Shown: in pieces, positions 60,011-64,000 of the stretch
Layout: every line of letters starts with the position of its first letter
Numbering within the stretch: the first letter of the stretch is position 1
NCBI GenBank assembly: GCA_963704725.1
Contig: OY969934.1
Location: 1,920,001-1,984,000 of the forward strand
Source of the DNA: an uncultured Actinomycetes bacterium
GTDB lineage: Bacteria > Actinomycetota > UBA4738 > HRBIN12
Length of the DNA stretch: 64,000 bases
Reading direction: 5' to 3'
Program-made: the position numbers and the translations under genes
Notes under the pieces: generated by a model
What the model was told of the DNA's origin: nothing
Databases searched by the model: none
Seen by the model: only the letters and a program-made list of their open reading frames with translations

Positions 60011-61104
60011 GCGCGGGCCGGTTCGACGAGCGGCGGGCTCGCGCGGCCGCCGGGCTCGAGGCGACGGGACTCTCGGGGCTGCTCGTGGCGCCCGGTCCCG
60101 ACCTGGTGTACCTGACCGGGCACGAGCCGCCGCCGCTCGAACGCCTGACGCTCCTGGTCCTCCGCCCCGCGAGCGAGGCCGTCCTCATCGTCCCCGAGCT
60201 CGAGCGGCCGGCCGCCGAGACGGCGCCGGGGATCCCCGGTGTGACGCTCGAGGGCTGGCGCGACGGACGGGATCCGTACGAGATGGCGGCGGCCCACCTG
60301 GGTCCGGGCCGGTACGCCGTCACCGACCAGACCTGGGCCGCGCATCTGCTGGAGCTCCAGCGCGCGGCGCCGGGGTGCGCCTTCGAGCCCGTGGGCCAGG
60401 TGCTCCCCCTGTTGCGCGCCGTCAAGGACGACGAGGAGATCGCGCGGCTCCGGGCCGCGGGTGGTGGAGCCGACGCCGCCTTCGGGGAGGTGATCGAGCT
60501 GCCGTTCGCCGGCCGGCGCGAGCTCGAGGTGGCCGCCGACCTCGAGCGTCTCCTGCGCCAGCACGGGCACGAGCGCGTCGACTTCACGATCGTGGGATCC
60601 GGGCCGAACGGCGCCTCGCCGCACCACGAGGCGGGGGAGCGACCCATCGAGCCCGGCGACGCGGTCGTCCTGGACTTCGGGGGCCGCGCCGGGGGCTACT
60701 GCTCCGACATCACACGGACGGTGTTCGTGGGGGAGCCCGACGAGGATCAGGCCGCGGTGTACGAGGTGGTCCGCCGGGCCCAGCAGGCGGCGTTCGAGGC
60801 CGTCCGGCCGGGGGTGGCGGCGCAGGACGTCGACCGGGCCGCCCGGGTCGTGATCGAGGAGGCCGGCTACGGCGAGCGGTTCGTGCACCGGACGGGTCAC
60901 GGCATCGGCCTCGAGGTCCACGAGCCCCCCTACATCGTCGAGGGGAACGACACCGCGCTCGAGGCGGGGATGACCTTCTCCGACGAGCCGGGGATCTACC
61001 TCGCGGGCCGGTTCGGAGTCCGGATCGAGGACCAGCTCGTCGTGACCCCGGCCGGGGCAGAGCGCCTGAACGAGGCGACGCGCGACCCCGTCGTCGTGGC
61101 CTGA
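60007..61104 (+). CDS. Xaa-Pro (M24) peptidase
   Basis: LRAVKD, SDITRT, HRTGHGIGLEVHE, EPGIY, GVRIED. Confidence 0.92.
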   Translation: MSAGRFDERRARAAAGLEATGLSGLLVAPGPDLVYLTGHEPPPLERLTLLVLRPASEAVLIVPELERPAAETAPGIPGVTLEGWRDGRDPYEMAAAHLGPGRYAVTDQTWAAHLLELQRAAPGCAFEPVGQVLPLLRAVKDDEEIARLRAAGGGADAAFGEVIELPFAGRRELEVAADLERLLRQHGHERVDFTIVGSGPNGASPHHEAGERPIEPGDAVVLDFGGRAGGYCSDITRTVFVGEPDEDQAAVYEVVRRAQQAAFEAVRPGVAAQDVDRAARVVIEEAGYGERFVHRTGHGIGLEVHEPPYIVEGNDTALEAGMTFSDEPGIYLAGRFGVRIEDQLVVTPAGAERLNEATRDPVVVA

Positions 61105-61111
61105 GTCGCCG

Positions 61112-62497
61112 CTAGTCGCGACGCCGGATCTTCGTGCCCCCGGCGGTGTCCATGACCTCGAGCCCCATGGCCTGGAGCCGGTCCCGGATCTCGTCGCCTG
61201 TCGCGTAGTCCTTCGCCGCGCGGGCGGCGTCGCGCTCGGCGACGAGTCGGCGCATCTCCTCGGTCGGCTCCCAGCCCTCGCGCACATCGCGCTGCAGGTC
61301 GAGCCCGAGCACGTCGTCCCACGACGACAGGAGCGCCACCTTCTCGCCGGGCGGCAGGTCGGCGGCCACGGTCTCGTTCAGCGCGACGAGGGCGCGGGGC
61401 ATCGCCAGGTCGTCGGCCAAGGCCTCGCGGAACCGCGCGTCGTGGGCCTTGGCGGCATCGGAGAGCGGCGCCGCCTCCCCCCACTGCGCGACGAGCCGCC
61501 GGAGCTCGGCCAGGCGGCGGTGCTGGCCCTGGAGCGCCTCCCAGCTGAAGTCCATCTCGCTGCGGTACTGCGTCCCGAAGCACAGCAGGCGGTACGCGAG
61601 CGGGTCCACGCCCTGCTCCGCGAGGTCGGTCACCCGGTAGATGTTCCTGGCGGACTTGGCCATCTTCTGACCGCTCATCTGCAGGAACCCTCCGTGCACC
61701 CAGACCGAGACGACCTGGTGCCCGACGGCGCCCTCGGACTGCGCGATCTCGTCCTCGTGGTGCGGGAACTTGTTGTCGTTGCCGCCGGTGTGGACGTCGA
61801 AGCGCTCGCCGAGGTGCTTCATCGACATCGCCGAGCACTCGATGTGCCACCCGGGGAAGCCGTCGCCCCACGGGCTGGGCCACTTCAGCGCCCGGTTCGC
61901 CCCGGCCCTCTTCCACAGCGCGAAGTCCTCGGCGTGACGCTTGGCCGGGTCGACGGCGACCTCCTGTCGGTGCCCGGCCCGCAGCTGGTCGAGCGTGTTG
62001 CCCGAGAGCTTGCCGTAGCCGGGGAACGAGGTGACGTCGTAGTACACGGTGCCGTCGACCTCGTACGCATGACCCTTGTCGATCAGGGTCCGGATGATGT
62101 CGATCATCTCGGCGATGTGGTGCGTGGCCCGGGGGTACAGGTCCGCGCGCTCGATGCCGACCAGGTCGGCGTCCTGCAGGAACGCGTTCGTGTACTTCTC
62201 GGCGATCTCGGCCGCCGAGAGCCCCTCGTCGGCCTCGGCCAGTTCCATCTTGTCGCGGCCGGCGTCGGAGACGTCGTCCGTCATGTGCCCGACGTCGGTG
62301 ATGTTCATGATCCACCGGACCGGACGGCCCTCGAAGCGCAGGGCGCGCCGGATGAGGTCGCCGAGCATGAACGACCGCATGTTGCCGATGTGGATGTAGC
62401 GGTAGACGGTCGGGCCGCACGAGTAGATCTTCACGGTCTCCCCGTCGGCGGGGACGACCTCGATCAGCTCGCGCGTCAACGAGTCGAACAGGCGCAT
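61112..62497 (-). CDS. cysS: Cysteine--tRNA ligase
   Basis: CGPTVY, HIGN, PGWHIECSAM, FPHHEDE, KMAKS. Confidence 0.95.
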   Translation of the reverse strand: MRLFDSLTRELIEVVPADGETVKIYSCGPTVYRYIHIGNMRSFMLGDLIRRALRFEGRPVRWIMNITDVGHMTDDVSDAGRDKMELAEADEGLSAAEIAEKYTNAFLQDADLVGIERADLYPRATHHIAEMIDIIRTLIDKGHAYEVDGTVYYDVTSFPGYGKLSGNTLDQLRAGHRQEVAVDPAKRHAEDFALWKRAGANRALKWPSPWGDGFPGWHIECSAMSMKHLGERFDVHTGGNDNKFPHHEDEIAQSEGAVGHQVVSVWVHGGFLQMSGQKMAKSARNIYRVTDLAEQGVDPLAYRLLCFGTQYRSEMDFSWEALQGQHRRLAELRRLVAQWGEAAPLSDAAKAHDARFREALADDLAMPRALVALNETVAADLPPGEKVALLSSWDDVLGLDLQRDVREGWEPTEEMRRLVAERDAARAAKDYATGDEIRDRLQAMGLEVMDTAGGTKIRRRD

Positions 62498-62548
62498 GGC
62501 GACCCAGGATACCCGGCCCCGGACCCGCGATCGCCGCCCCAGCGATCC

Positions 62549-64000
62549 TCAGGCGGGATCGACGTCCGGGCGCGTCGGCGCCTGCGAGGCCTCGGTCGTG
62601 CGCGTGACGTCGGGCAGCAGCACGACGTTCCCGCGCTCCTCGAGTGATGGCGACGGGGGCAACGGGACGGGGATCCTCGAGGCAACGCGGGCATGGTCCT
62701 GGTGCGCCCGGACCACGGCCGCGTGGTAGTTGTGCAGCATCTGCACGAACCCCGGGTCGCGGTACGGGCGCCCGTCCACGTTCGGCCCCATGCGGCCCTC
62801 CATGATGGCCTCGATGTCGTCGCCGGTGAGCGTCTTGTTCATCTCCAGGGCGTGTCCGACCGCCAGGACCTCGTCCCGATTCTGCTGGAGCAGCTCCCAG
62901 GTCCGGTCGTACAGCTCGCGGAGCTTGGCGTCGACCGCCTTGCCGAACTGCGAGTCGAACAGCGCTCGGTCGGCGCCGGTCTCGACCGACTGGGCCCCAC
63001 GGAGCGCGGCCAGGCTCACCGAGCGCGAGGCGATCGTGTCGCCCATCGCGTAGTACGCGAGGGCCTGGGTGGCGATCGTCGTGGCTCCACGCATGTCCCC
63101 GCCGACGCCGGTCGAGTGATCCCCGTCGAAGAACATCCGCTCGCCGGCCAGGGACGCGAGGAAGGTCATCACGTCGACCTCGCGCTCCGAGCGCCACTCC
63201 ACGAACTGGTCCTCGGGCGGGATCGAGGCGACGAAGCCGCCGACGTCGCCTCGTCGCTCGATCGTGGCCATGTCGATGACGGCGTGGCGGCGGAGCCGGT
63301 AGGCGGTGACGGCGTGGCACGCCTCGTGAACGGCCACGGCGTGGCGCTCCCGCTCGATGTACTCGTGGTCGTCGGGGAGGCCGTGCTGCTTGAGCTGCTT
63401 GGCCCGTACGACGTCCGAGTACGTGACGGTGTCGCGGTCGTCGCGGATCGCGATCACGAGGCCCTCGTTCACGATGTCCTTGATGGAGGCGCCCGAGAAG
63501 TACGGCGTGATCGTGGCGAGCTTGTCGACCTCCTCGGGCGTGAGGACGTGCTTCACCTTCGCCAGGTAGTACTCGAACGTGGCCCGGCGGCCGTCCTTCT
63601 GCGGGTAGCCCACCTTGTACTGGCGGTCGACGCGCCCGGGCCGGAGCATGGCCGGGTCGAGCGACTCGGGCATGTTGGTCGCGAAGATGTGGAGGATCCG
63701 GTACTTGGGCGGCGGCTTCGGCTTCATGCCCAGCATCCGACGGATCCGGTTCACCAGGCCGCGCGGCTTGGTCAGGCCCGACATCTCCGACAGCAGGGCC
63801 TGGAGGGTGCCCATCCCGCCGCCTCCGCCCATCATGCCGCCCATGAGGACGCCCTCTTTGCGCGGTCCCATCGCGGCCGGCAGGGAGGCGGAGAACACGG
63901 CGTTGCGGCTCGAGTCCGACACGTAGGCCATCCCGTTGCAGGCCGGCGCCACGCTCCACGGGCTGTCGCCGGGCTGCATCCCGGTCGGGGCCCCCGCCAT
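62549..64000 (-). CDS. FtsH-like AAA ATPase/M41 protease, 5' part outside window
   Basis: ATNMPESLDPAMLRPGRVDR second region of homology, HEACH Zn motif, LAGER. Confidence 0.85.
   Translation of the reverse strand: MAGAPTGMQPGDSPWSVAPACNGMAYVSDSSRNAVFSASLPAAMGPRKEGVLMGGMMGGGGGMGTLQALLSEMSGLTKPRGLVNRIRRMLGMKPKPPPKYRILHIFATNMPESLDPAMLRPGRVDRQYKVGYPQKDGRRATFEYYLAKVKHVLTPEEVDKLATITPYFSGASIKDIVNEGLVIAIRDDRDTVTYSDVVRAKQLKQHGLPDDHEYIERERHAVAVHEACHAVTAYRLRRHAVIDMATIERRGDVGGFVASIPPEDQFVEWRSEREVDVMTFLASLAGERMFFDGDHSTGVGGDMRGATTIATQALAYYAMGDTIASRSVSLAALRGAQSVETGADRALFDSQFGKAVDAKLRELYDRTWELLQQNRDEVLAVGHALEMNKTLTGDDIEAIMEGRMGPNVDGRPYRDPGFVQMLHNYHAAVVRAHQDHARVASRIPVPLPPSPSLEERGNVVLLPDVTRTTEASQAPTRPDVDPA

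Overview
High-GC actinobacterial chromosome segment; the Pup-proteasome locus and frequent leaderless-type starts support this, and the lineage looks deep-branching. Bases 1-12.3 kb are accessory. They hold an integrative element (large serine recombinase running off the left edge, replication-relaxation protein, secreted 1971-aa RHS toxin, putative membrane immunity gene) ending at a tRNA-3'-end-like attR, followed by a frameshifted IS481-family element with an unusual long target repeat. Bases 12.3-40.8 kb carry ABM, FMO and S9 peptidase genes, a Wsp-like chemosensory operon with a divergent REC-GGDEF gene, transport/hydrolase genes, and a SipW-type signal peptidase operon with two cognate secreted substrates. 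They continue with ABC-F, an amidohydrolase, two DmdA/GcvT-like demethylases with metV/metF, and an HtrA lipoprotein. Bases 40.8-64 kb are core: a ThiS/TtuB-TtuA fusion, trmI, arc-dop-pup-prcB-prcA-pafA, pafBC, tat genes, helY, a lipid kinase, an M24 peptidase, cysS and a partial FtsH-like gene. Top leads: (1) the IS481 end/target architecture; (2) a sigma28/WhiG-like promoter motif shared by the Wsp-like system, the diguanylate cyclase, the SipW fibre operon and a Zn-ribbon gene; (3) the TtuB-TtuA fusion with an internal Gly-Gly. All calls are from manual motif reading; no searches were run.
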